From Vulcanimicrobiales bacterium (GTDB taxonomy: Bacteria; Vulcanimicrobiota; Vulcanimicrobiia; Vulcanimicrobiales; Vulcanimicrobiaceae), in contig JBBRLI010000014.1 of the NCBI GenBank assembly GCA_038231455.1, positions 1 through 64,000 of the forward strand: a stretch of 64,000 nucleotides of DNA, read 5' to 3'. The notes below the pieces were generated by a model. It did not search any database, was not told where the DNA came from, and saw only the letters and a list, made by a program, of their open reading frames with translations. Positions 19,985-28,303 of the stretch are shown one piece after another. The position numbers and the translations under genes were made by a program. Positions within the stretch are counted from its first letter, which is position 1, and every line of letters begins with the position of its first letter.

Positions 19985-21259
19985 ATGTTGACGAGAGCCG
20001 GGCTCGATCGGGACGCACTCGCTCGGAGCTATCGCGAAAACCGTGCGCGCACAGCGCAAATCTTCCGGTCGTTCATTGCCTCCGATGCCTACGAAAATCG
20101 GCCGATCGTGCTGCGCCATCCCTTCGTGTTTTACGACGGACATATTCCCGCGTTCACGTATAATAAGCTCATCAAAGAAGCGCTCGGGAAGCCGGCACTC
20201 AACGCAGACTTTGAAGTACTCTTCGAACGTGGGATCGATCCGGCCAGCGTCGATGAGGCGCAAAAGCACGCGAAGAGCGCCTGGCCCGACCGCGCGGACA
20301 TCGAAGCGTATGGAAGCGCCGTCGAGAGCGCCGTCTATGCGGCGCTCGCAAGCGCGACGCTTGAGGATTCGGCGAATCCCTACCTCAACCGCGCCCAAGC
20401 CGTATTCAATATTATCGAGCACGAGCAGATGCACCACGAAACGCTGCTGTATATCGTAAATCAACTCGACGATGCGCACAAAACGGCACCGCCGGGGATC
20501 GTTCATCACGATTCGGGCGCGCCCGTGCCAAGCGAACCGATCGAAATCGCGGCCGGACGCGCGACGCTCGGTGCGAAGCGCGATGCGATTCCCTTCGGAT
20601 GGGATAACGAATTCGACGAGCACGTCTGCGAGGTCGGGCGCTTCGCAATCGACCGCCACAACCTCACGAATGCGGAGTATTTGCGCTTCGTCAAGGATGG
20701 CGGCCCGATCCCCGCGTTTTGGGTCGAACGTGAGGGAGCGTGGATGCTGCGCACCGTGTTCGAAACGATTCCGCTCCCGCTCTCGTGGCCCGTGTATACC
20801 TCAAACGACGCCGCCGCCGCATTCGCGCGCTGGAGCAACGCACGGCTGATGACCGAGGCCGAATATCACCGCGCGGCTTTCGGAACGCCGGGCGGCGAAG
20901 AGCGCAAACACCCGTGGGGTGACGCCGTACCGACGAGTGCCCACGGGAACTTCGGTTTCAAACGCTTCGACCCCGAACCCATCGGTTCGTCGCCGGCGGG
21001 CGCGAGTTCATGGGGTGTCCACGATCTGATCGGAAACGGATGGGAGTGGACGGCGACGCCGTTTGCACCGTTCGCCGGGTTCGAACCCATGGCAACGTAC
21101 CAGCCGTACTCGCAAGAGTTCTTCGACGACAAACATTTCGTTTTGAAAGGCGCGGCGCCAGTCACGCACGCGGACCTCGTGCGCCGCAGTCTGCGTAACT
21201 GGTTCTACCGCGACTATCCGTATATGTTCGCGACGTTTCGTCGCGTCTACGACCGCTAG
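19985..21259 (+). CDS. EgtB/Egt1/OvoA-family non-heme iron sulfoxide synthase (DinB_2 + FGE-sulfatase domains)
   Basis: FYDGH, HEQMHHE (HxxxHxE), FGWDNE, GNGWEWT, YSQEFFD and RNW; start may be GTG 19979. Confidence 0.85.
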   Translation: MLTRAGLDRDALARSYRENRARTAQIFRSFIASDAYENRPIVLRHPFVFYDGHIPAFTYNKLIKEALGKPALNADFEVLFERGIDPASVDEAQKHAKSAWPDRADIEAYGSAVESAVYAALASATLEDSANPYLNRAQAVFNIIEHEQMHHETLLYIVNQLDDAHKTAPPGIVHHDSGAPVPSEPIEIAAGRATLGAKRDAIPFGWDNEFDEHVCEVGRFAIDRHNLTNAEYLRFVKDGGPIPAFWVEREGAWMLRTVFETIPLPLSWPVYTSNDAAAAFARWSNARLMTEAEYHRAAFGTPGGEERKHPWGDAVPTSAHGNFGFKRFDPEPIGSSPAGASSWGVHDLIGNGWEWTATPFAPFAGFEPMATYQPYSQEFFDDKHFVLKGAAPVTHADLVRRSLRNWFYRDYPYMFATFRRVYDR

Positions 21260-22518
21260 AGGATCTTGGGCTCGTAGCCCGCGCGCTCGGAGATTTTCTG
21301 ACCGTTGATCACTGCGGTGGCCGCGGCCGGATCGGCATCAAGACACGATCCGGGGCCGGAGTTACCCGAGACTTGCGCGACAACATCAAACATAAAGCCC
21401 GTCTTCGCTTGCCGTTTGCGGCTCACGATCGAGCCGGCGTATTCGTCCTGCACGCACTGGTGATCGCAGCCGCGCCACGTCGCCTTATTTTCTTTTGCCG
21501 CATCGAATGTATGGTCCGCAAACGCTTTGACAAGCGCATCGGCTTTGGTCGTCCCGGCGGTCTGCATGCGGTCGATCAGCTGCATCGTGCAAATGTAGCC
21601 AAAATAGTGACGGGATGAAACGCCCTCGCCGCCGGTATATTTCTCGAGCGTGCGCGCGAGTTTCTGCGCGCTATCGGAAACCGTCGGCGTCCAGTGAATC
21701 GCGAAGGTCGCGCCGACGAGTTCGTCTTGCGGGATGCTCTTCCAGTAGTAATCCTCGAGGTTGAGGCCGCCGAGGTGCATCTTCTTATGCAAGCCGAAGT
21801 CGACGAATTGTTTTGCCGTCTTCGCTGAGTCGAAACCGCCTTGGCAGAGCACCAGCACGTCGGCCTCGGTGTTGCGCATTTTGGTGAGCGCTGAAGAATA
21901 ATCTTCCGTGCCGAGCTTTAAAATATCGGCACCCATTTCGCTGCCGCCCGCGCGCTTGAGGAGTGCTGAGAGACGTGCGTAACCGTCTTTGCCGTACGCG
22001 AAATCGTCGACGATGAAGTACCACTTCTTCCCCATCGAAAGAATTCGCTGCGCGAGTGCGCGAATCTGCATCTGAACGTTGGGGGCAAACCGATACGCGA
22101 CGCGGTTCGCTTTTTCACCCGTGATGCTCGTATCTTGTCCACCAATGTCGAGCAAGAACACGCCGCTTTCTTGCGCGAGCGGTCCGAGCGCCAGCGCCAC
22201 AGCTGAGGACGTTCCCGCCATCAACACGTCGACGTTCTCCTGGCCAATGAGCCGTCGACCTTCAGTCGAACCGACGGCGGGCTTGGACGTGTCGTCGCCG
22301 CTGGCAAGCTCGAACTTGGTACGGCCGCGTTTATTCGCCTCAGCGATCGCCGCCATCACACCGACGCGGTGGTGCGCACCAATATCCGAGAGCGGACCGG
22401 AGAACGAATCGACGTAGCCAATCTTCACGACGGCGTTTGCCGCCCGCAGCGAAGTTGGAAACGCCGTGGCTGCACTGAGCGCAGCGGCGGAAGACACGAA
22501 CGTAGAGCGACGCATCAA
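21256..22518 (-). CDS. branched-chain-family ABC substrate-binding protein with Tat signal
   Basis: MRRSTFV twin-Arg signal, VKIGYV...SGP, DD.SKP and SS.VALA. Confidence 0.85.
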   Translation of the reverse strand: MMRRSTFVSSAAALSAATAFPTSLRAANAVVKIGYVDSFSGPLSDIGAHHRVGVMAAIAEANKRGRTKFELASGDDTSKPAVGSTEGRRLIGQENVDVLMAGTSSAVALALGPLAQESGVFLLDIGGQDTSITGEKANRVAYRFAPNVQMQIRALAQRILSMGKKWYFIVDDFAYGKDGYARLSALLKRAGGSEMGADILKLGTEDYSSALTKMRNTEADVLVLCQGGFDSAKTAKQFVDFGLHKKMHLGGLNLEDYYWKSIPQDELVGATFAIHWTPTVSDSAQKLARTLEKYTGGEGVSSRHYFGYICTMQLIDRMQTAGTTKADALVKAFADHTFDAAKENKATWRGCDHQCVQDEYAGSIVSRKRQAKTGFMFDVVAQVSGNSGPGSCLDADPAAATAVINGQKISERAGYEPKIL

Positions 22519-22572
22519 AGATATGCCTCCGTAAGGTCCGTCGCAAGTGACGGACGCGGTTGTTGGGCCATG

Positions 22573-23490
22573 CTAGACCTGCACATGCACGCTGTCAAGG
22601 GTTGTAAGGACGGGGTCGAGCAACGTATCGAAGGGGTTTGGACGACCGCGATCGAGCGGCGCACGATCGGGCGCAGACACGAAGATCGTTTCAAAAAACC
22701 GTAATGCCTGCGGTTTGACCGCCTCGTAGTAGTCGCGGAAGAGACGGCTCGCGCGCGCCGCTGGCCAATCCGTGGGCAAGAGCGCAAGCGGCAATCCCGG
22801 GTCGAGATAGATGAAGCGGCGATAGTCGTGCACGACCCACTCGCGCTCGACGAATGCATGCGAATCGCTTGGTATTTGCGCGCGGATCGCTGCAAGACGC
22901 GGTTCGTAGGCGTCGATGAACTCGCGGTAATCGTGCGCGATTCGATCGAGATCCCAGCACGAGGCGATCAACTCGCGATCGCCTTTGGGTCCGCGGCTCA
23001 CGGCTAAGAACAGATCGACGTAGTCCTCACACTCGCTTGCGCGTGCGGCGTCGCGAGCGGCATCGAGCACATCGCGCGGCGAAATCCAAAGCGCGGTGCC
23101 GAGCGGCGCAAAGCCGAGTACGGTGAGGTCTTTGCGCAAGCGGTCGCGGCCGTCGCGTTTACTCTCGGGAATGGTGTAAACGAGCATCCGCCAGCGGCCA
23201 TCCCAGGCCGCGTCGGGAGGCAAATAAATGCGCGGGCTTACACGGTCGACACGGCTCGAGCCGCGCTCCGTCATCGCATAGTACGAGCGCGTACCGACTT
23301 TGCGCGCCCCGATCCAGCCCTGGCGGGACATGCGGGAAACGGCTTGGCGAACGGCGGCTTCGGAGAGGCCAAATTCCGCCATCAGGCGCCCAAGGCTCCC
23401 AATCCAAATTTCGCCGCCGTAATAGCGCACAAGATCGCCCATGAGCGTGTAGATGAACGAGGTCGGCCTCGTAATTTCGCGACTCGGCAC
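22573..23490 (-). CDS. paaX: PaaX-family transcriptional repressor
   Basis: IYTLMGD...EIWIGSL, AVRQAVSRM, WDGRW, CWDL, and YRRFIYLDPGLP...W. Confidence 0.88.
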   Translation of the reverse strand: MPSREITRPTSFIYTLMGDLVRYYGGEIWIGSLGRLMAEFGLSEAAVRQAVSRMSRQGWIGARKVGTRSYYAMTERGSSRVDRVSPRIYLPPDAAWDGRWRMLVYTIPESKRDGRDRLRKDLTVLGFAPLGTALWISPRDVLDAARDAARASECEDYVDLFLAVSRGPKGDRELIASCWDLDRIAHDYREFIDAYEPRLAAIRAQIPSDSHAFVEREWVVHDYRRFIYLDPGLPLALLPTDWPAARASRLFRDYYEAVKPQALRFFETIFVSAPDRAPLDRGRPNPFDTLLDPVLTTLDSVHVQV

Positions 23491-23505
23491 GGTTGCTCTC
23501 CGTCC

Positions 23506-23570
23506 TTGACACCGATCTTCGGACCCTCTAGTATGACACTTATATCACGAACTGCCTTAAAAGTGTTATA
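23506..23570 (+). promoter_or_regulatory. sigma70 promoter with overlapping inverted-repeat operator upstream of boxB-like gene
   Basis: TTGACA (23506-23511), 17-nt spacer, TAGTAT (23529-23534); inverted repeat TATGACACTT (23532-23541) and AAGTGTTATA (23561-23570), 9 of 10 match. Confidence 0.7.
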
Positions 23571-23582
23571 GGGAGCGTCGCA

Positions 23583-24713
23583 ATGGCCCGGATTTCAACC
23601 TTCGCCGATTGGATCGATCTGCTCGAAGAGTGGCGCACGGACATCGGCGTGGACCGGAGCCTAGTCGAGCGTTTTTTGCCCGGCTATGCATTCGAGGCCA
23701 AGTACGGCGAGCTGCCCTCAAGCGAAATCGCCTTTGGCGACTACGCGGGGGACCGCAAGTGGGACCGCATCATCGACGTCCCCGATCAGCGCATGCGCGA
23801 TGCCCTCATGAGCATGATCGTCTTCCAAGGCGATACCGAATTCGCAAGCAACGAGCAGCAGCGGTCCCTTGTGAACAACGCTCCCAGCGACTATGATTTG
23901 GGCGCGCTCGTGCGGATCATGGCCGAAGAGACACGTCACGGCTATCAGATGTGCCACTTGCTCATCTCGCACTTTGGCTCCGATGGCAAAATCGAAGCCC
24001 AGAAGTTGCTCGAACGACGCGCCTACGACAAAAAAAATCGGCTGCTAAACGCCTTCAACAATGACGTCACGCACTGGCTCGATTTCTTCGCCTACACCAA
24101 CTTCATGGACCGCGACGGAAAGTTCCAGCTCACGATGCTCTCGCACTCCGCATTTGCGCCCCTCGCGCAGTCGACGTTGCCGATGCTCAAAGAAGAGTCG
24201 TTCCACATGGGCACCGGACTCTCTGGTTTGCGCCGCATTGCTGCAGCCGGCGTGATTCCCGTAGCGATCCAGCAAAAATACTACAACAAATGGATTTCGG
24301 GTTCGCTCGATCTTTTCGGCACGGATCACTCGAGTTCGGCGCAGTGGGCGTACACGTGGGGCATCAAAGGCCGCGTCGATGAAGACAAGACGCCCGGTCC
24401 CGTCGATCGCGAACTGCTCAACGAACGCGCACGCGAACAATTTTACGTCGAGATCGGCAAGACGGTCGATCGCGTCAACGCCGTCAACGTCGGCGAACCG
24501 CTCACCGTCCCGGACATGCGCTTTAACCGCAAGATCGGCGCGAGCGCGAGCAAACACGTTCGCACCGAGGGCCGCGAGCTGAGCCCCGCCGAGTGGGAGA
24601 CCTACAAAGCAAGCGCGCTCCCGAGCGAGGCAGACGAGACGGTGCTCGCCGAGTACTTTAAAAACCCAGATTGGATCGCGCCCAAAGGCCGTCAAGACGG
24701 CGAAGCCGCGTAA
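23583..24713 (+). CDS. boxB: BoxB-like diiron aromatic-CoA epoxidase subunit (short form)
   Basis: IVFQGDTEFASNEQQ, APSDYD, EETRH, RLLNAFN, FMDRDGKFQL, EESFH and SLDLFG match the BoxB pattern. Confidence 0.75.
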   Translation: MARISTFADWIDLLEEWRTDIGVDRSLVERFLPGYAFEAKYGELPSSEIAFGDYAGDRKWDRIIDVPDQRMRDALMSMIVFQGDTEFASNEQQRSLVNNAPSDYDLGALVRIMAEETRHGYQMCHLLISHFGSDGKIEAQKLLERRAYDKKNRLLNAFNNDVTHWLDFFAYTNFMDRDGKFQLTMLSHSAFAPLAQSTLPMLKEESFHMGTGLSGLRRIAAAGVIPVAIQQKYYNKWISGSLDLFGTDHSSSAQWAYTWGIKGRVDEDKTPGPVDRELLNERAREQFYVEIGKTVDRVNAVNVGEPLTVPDMRFNRKIGASASKHVRTEGRELSPAEWETYKASALPSEADETVLAEYFKNPDWIAPKGRQDGEAA

Positions 24714-24739
24714 CTCTAGCGCAACCGGAGGGGACCCGC

Positions 24740-25591
24740 ATGGCCATTGAAATCGAAGCTCAACCGACTCCGTTCGGACGCGTCGCCCGTCGACTCGACG
24801 GCAAGCGCGTCGTCAATTACGAAAAAATTGACAAAGTCGGAATGATCGAATTCGACGATCCGCCGGCCAATACGTACACGCATGAGATGATGCGCCAACT
24901 TGACGATGCGATTCTCGATGCGCGCATGGACATGGACGTGGAAGTCATCGTCCTCACCGGCAAAGGCGGCAAGTTCTTCTCGGCCGGTGCGAATATCGCG
25001 ATGCTGGGCGACGTCTCGCCCGAATTCAAATACATGTTCTGCCTGCACGCAAACGAGACGCTCTCGCGTTTGGAACAAACCCCAAAGCTCGTGATCGCCG
25101 CACTCAACGGACACACGGTCGGCGGCGGACTCGAGATCGCTATGGCGGCGGACATCCGGATCGCGCGCAAAGACTCGGGCAAAGTCGGTCTTCCCGAAGT
25201 CGGGCTCGGCGTCTTACCCGGCACCGGCGGTACGCAGCGACTCGCTCGCATGGTCGGCAAAGCACGCGCGATCGAACTGATGATCTCCGGGCGCACGTTC
25301 AGCTTCGAACAAGCCGTCGAGTACGGCATCGTCAGCGACGTGTACGAAGGCACGCCGGAAGAATTTCGCGCGCAGATCCTCACCTACGCAAAGCAATTCA
25401 CCTCGCCCAACAAGGCGCCGCTTGCGGTTGGCATGATCAAGCGCAGCGTTCAGACCGGACTCGAACTGCCACTGAATGATGCACTCGCACTCGAACGCGA
25501 ACTGCAAGCGCAGCTCTTTAAGAGCAGCGATGCGAAAGAAGGCATCGCCGCGTACGGCGACAAGCGCACCGCGCGGTTCACGAACCACTAG
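24740..25591 (+). CDS. enoyl-CoA hydratase/crotonase, single-domain BoxC-like
   Basis: FFSAGANI, FKYMFCLHANET, GGGLE and LPEVGLGVLPGTGG; SD GGAGG before ATG 24740. Confidence 0.85.
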   Translation: MAIEIEAQPTPFGRVARRLDGKRVVNYEKIDKVGMIEFDDPPANTYTHEMMRQLDDAILDARMDMDVEVIVLTGKGGKFFSAGANIAMLGDVSPEFKYMFCLHANETLSRLEQTPKLVIAALNGHTVGGGLEIAMAADIRIARKDSGKVGLPEVGLGVLPGTGGTQRLARMVGKARAIELMISGRTFSFEQAVEYGIVSDVYEGTPEEFRAQILTYAKQFTSPNKAPLAVGMIKRSVQTGLELPLNDALALERELQAQLFKSSDAKEGIAAYGDKRTARFTNH

Positions 25592-25599
25592 GTCCCCGC

Positions 25600-27162
25600 G
25601 TGGACGCCGTAGCGACTCGGGAAATGCGTGCGGCGGACACGCTCCCCGCGACTTTCAATGCCGCGCACTGGTTTGTCGGCCGCCATATTGCCGAAGGGCG
25701 CGCCGACTCCATTGCGATCCAGAGCGACGAGAGCACGACGACGTACGGCGAGCTCGATCGGCTCGTACGCGGCTTTGCAGCAGCTTTACTTGCACGAGGA
25801 TTGCACCGCGGTGATCGCGTGGTTCTCGTTCTTCCGGATTCGCTTGCGTTTGCGGTTGCATTTTGGGGGACGCTTGCGGCCGGCGGCGTTGCGGTACCGG
25901 TCAATCCGCTCCTCACACCGCAGGACCATCGCGCGATCGTCGATGATTGCGAGGCGCGTACGCTCGTCTACGAACCCACGCAAACCGATCCTCTTGTCGC
26001 TTGCGACGGATGCGATCAGTTCAGCGCGATCGACGCACTTGCACTCGCGCGCTCCAGCGAACCGCTAACGGACTATACGCCGACGAACCGCGACGCCTTT
26101 GCCTTCTTCTTGTATTCGAGCGGCACCACGGGCGAACCCAAAGGCGTCGTGCACTTGCATCACGACATGTGGGTGTGCGCGAAGACGTACGGCGAGTCGA
26201 TCGTCCGCACGCAACCGGGCGATCGTGCATTCAGCATCGCCAAACTTTTCTTTGCTTACGGCCTTGGGAACGGTCTCTACTTCCCGCTTGCCGTCGGCGG
26301 AGCGTGCGTGCTTTATGCGGGACGTCCGACACCCGAATCGATCTTCGCGCAAGTTGCCGCGCATCGACCGACGCTCTTCTTCGGCGTGCCGACGGCGTAC
26401 GCGCAGATGCTCGCGGCGATCGAAGCGGGCGCCGAAGCGGATTTTTCAAGCGTCCGCTTCTGCGCGAGCGCCGGTGAAGCGTTACCCGCGGGGATTTACC
26501 AGCGGTGGCTTGCAGTAACGGGATTAGAAATCGTCGACGGTATCGGCTCGACCGAAATTCTCCATATCTTTCTCTCGAATGCCCCCGGCGCGTGCACGCC
26601 CGGGTCGAGCGGGCGGGCCGTTCCCGGTTACGATCTACGCATTGTCGACGAGGCCGGTACGGACGTCGAAGTCGGTGAGATCGGCGACCTCGTCGTGCGC
26701 GGCGATTCGACGATGGCGTTCTACTGGAATAAACACGAACGCACAAAAGCAACGCTGAACGGCGATTGGATTCGCACGGGCGATAAATACCGCTGCGACG
26801 AGCACGGCGTGTATTGGCACGCCGGCCGCAGCGACGACATGCTCAAAGTCGGCGGGATTTGGGTCTCACCCGTTGAGGTGGAAGGCGCGCTTAGCGGTCA
26901 CGACTTGGTCCTCGAATGCGCGGTCGTCGGTCGCGATGATGCCGACGGGCTAACGAAACCGCATGCCTATGTCGTGTTGAAGACCGCGCATCACGATCAC
27001 GCCGAAGTCGAGCGCGAACTCAAGGCGTTTGTGAAGTCGCGACTGGCGCCGTACAAGTATCCGCGTTGGATCACCGTCGTCGAGACGCTCCCGAAAACGG
27101 CGACCGGCAAGACGCGCCGTTTCGTGTTACGCGAAAGCGTGGGGGCTGCAAGCGCGCCTTAG
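25600..27162 (+). CDS. benzoate-CoA ligase family protein
   Basis: LYSSGTTGEPKGVVH, AKLFFAYGLGN, DGIGSTEILHIFLSN, GRSDDMLKVGGIWVSP and LPKTATGK. Confidence 0.9.
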   Translation: MDAVATREMRAADTLPATFNAAHWFVGRHIAEGRADSIAIQSDESTTTYGELDRLVRGFAAALLARGLHRGDRVVLVLPDSLAFAVAFWGTLAAGGVAVPVNPLLTPQDHRAIVDDCEARTLVYEPTQTDPLVACDGCDQFSAIDALALARSSEPLTDYTPTNRDAFAFFLYSSGTTGEPKGVVHLHHDMWVCAKTYGESIVRTQPGDRAFSIAKLFFAYGLGNGLYFPLAVGGACVLYAGRPTPESIFAQVAAHRPTLFFGVPTAYAQMLAAIEAGAEADFSSVRFCASAGEALPAGIYQRWLAVTGLEIVDGIGSTEILHIFLSNAPGACTPGSSGRAVPGYDLRIVDEAGTDVEVGEIGDLVVRGDSTMAFYWNKHERTKATLNGDWIRTGDKYRCDEHGVYWHAGRSDDMLKVGGIWVSPVEVEGALSGHDLVLECAVVGRDDADGLTKPHAYVVLKTAHHDHAEVERELKAFVKSRLAPYKYPRWITVVETLPKTATGKTRRFVLRESVGAASAP

Positions 27163-27761
27163 CGCACGCGAAACCCATCGGTTAAGGTGAGGACGCACGA
27201 GCGCGCAAGAGACTCGGCTGTGGCTAGATCCGGCGCGAGGCTCGCATCGGGGCCATCGAGGATGAGCGATGCGACACCGTGCACCATCGACCACGCGGCA
27301 AACGCAAGCGGAGCAATCGGACCGCCCACCATCACCCCAGCGACTTGTGCGGCTTCGATGCACGCGATGAGAACGCCGTACGAGTCATCGTCCGGTGTCG
27401 GCGGGTTCAAGCGCGCGCACAGTTCAGGTCGGAACATGATCCGAAATTCGGCCGCGTTCTGATACGCGAATCGAACGTAGGCGACACCGACTTCCTGGAA
27501 CGCAAGCGTCGGATCCGTGGTCGTCGCGCGCGCCGCTCGAAGTTCCGCTGCGATGCGCTCGAAGGCCGCATCGACGATCGCGCCGATCAGCGCGCCTTTG
27601 TCGCGAAAGTGGTTGTATGCCGCTGCGTGGCTCACACCGGCCCGACGCGACACCTCGCGCAAGCTGAGACCCTCGGGGCCTGCCTCGGCAAGCACCGCGC
27701 GTGTCGTCGTCAGAAGCGCCGAGCGTAAGTCTCCATGGTGATACGACTTCGATGTTGACAT
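27159..27761 (-). CDS. TetR-family regulator (WHG-type C-terminus)
   Basis: YHHGDLR, HTH LSLREVSRRAGVSHAAAYNHF, WSMVHG. Confidence 0.9.
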   Translation of the reverse strand: MSTSKSYHHGDLRSALLTTTRAVLAEAGPEGLSLREVSRRAGVSHAAAYNHFRDKGALIGAIVDAAFERIAAELRAARATTTDPTLAFQEVGVAYVRFAYQNAAEFRIMFRPELCARLNPPTPDDDSYGVLIACIEAAQVAGVMVGGPIAPLAFAAWSMVHGVASLILDGPDASLAPDLATAESLARSCVLTLTDGFRVR

Positions 27762-27796
27762 CGGTCATATTATAGCATATATTACCACTGTAAACA
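27753..27796. promoter_or_regulatory. putative TetR operator pair and divergent promoters
   Basis: TGTTGACATCGGTCATAT and ATATTACCACTGTAAACA are inverted copies (14 of 18); TATAAT on minus strand at 27769-27774. Confidence 0.6.
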
Positions 27797-27820
27797 CCCT
27801 GGTCTCCAAGGAGCCTCCTG

Positions 27821-28303
27821 ATGTCCGAACCTTCGCTACCGCGCCGCGTGATCGCATCGAATTCCAGCGACTTTGTGCTCTTCCGCATTGGGATGCGCTT
27901 CAACGGGCTGCGTGGTATCGGCCCGGCCCTCAAAACATTCGTACGGATGCCCAAGATGCTAGCCGAGCAGCAATCCAATCCCGCAATCGGTATGCTGTGG
28001 TCGACGACCTCATTGTCCTGGCCGGTCATCTCGATCACGCAGTATTGGCGCTCGTTCGAAGAGCTCGAACGCTACGCCCACGCCGATACGCACATCGACT
28101 CTTGGAAATGGTTCAACAAACTCGGTCGCAACAACGAAGGCACCGGGATCTGGCACGAAACCTATCGCATCAGCGCCGGCACCTACGAAGCGATTTACGC
28201 GAACATGCCGCTCTACGGGCTTGCAGCCGTCGCGGGAAGCGAAGCGATCTCTCCCGCAACGGCACGCGCCCGTGCGCGGATCGAGCGCGAGCCCGCCGCT
28301 TAG
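27821..28303 (+). CDS. DUF4188 monooxygenase-like protein
   Basis: VLFRIGMRFN, QYWRSFEELERYA, GIWHETY and YEAIYANMP. Confidence 0.85.
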   Translation: MSEPSLPRRVIASNSSDFVLFRIGMRFNGLRGIGPALKTFVRMPKMLAEQQSNPAIGMLWSTTSLSWPVISITQYWRSFEELERYAHADTHIDSWKWFNKLGRNNEGTGIWHETYRISAGTYEAIYANMPLYGLAAVAGSEAISPATARARARIEREPAA

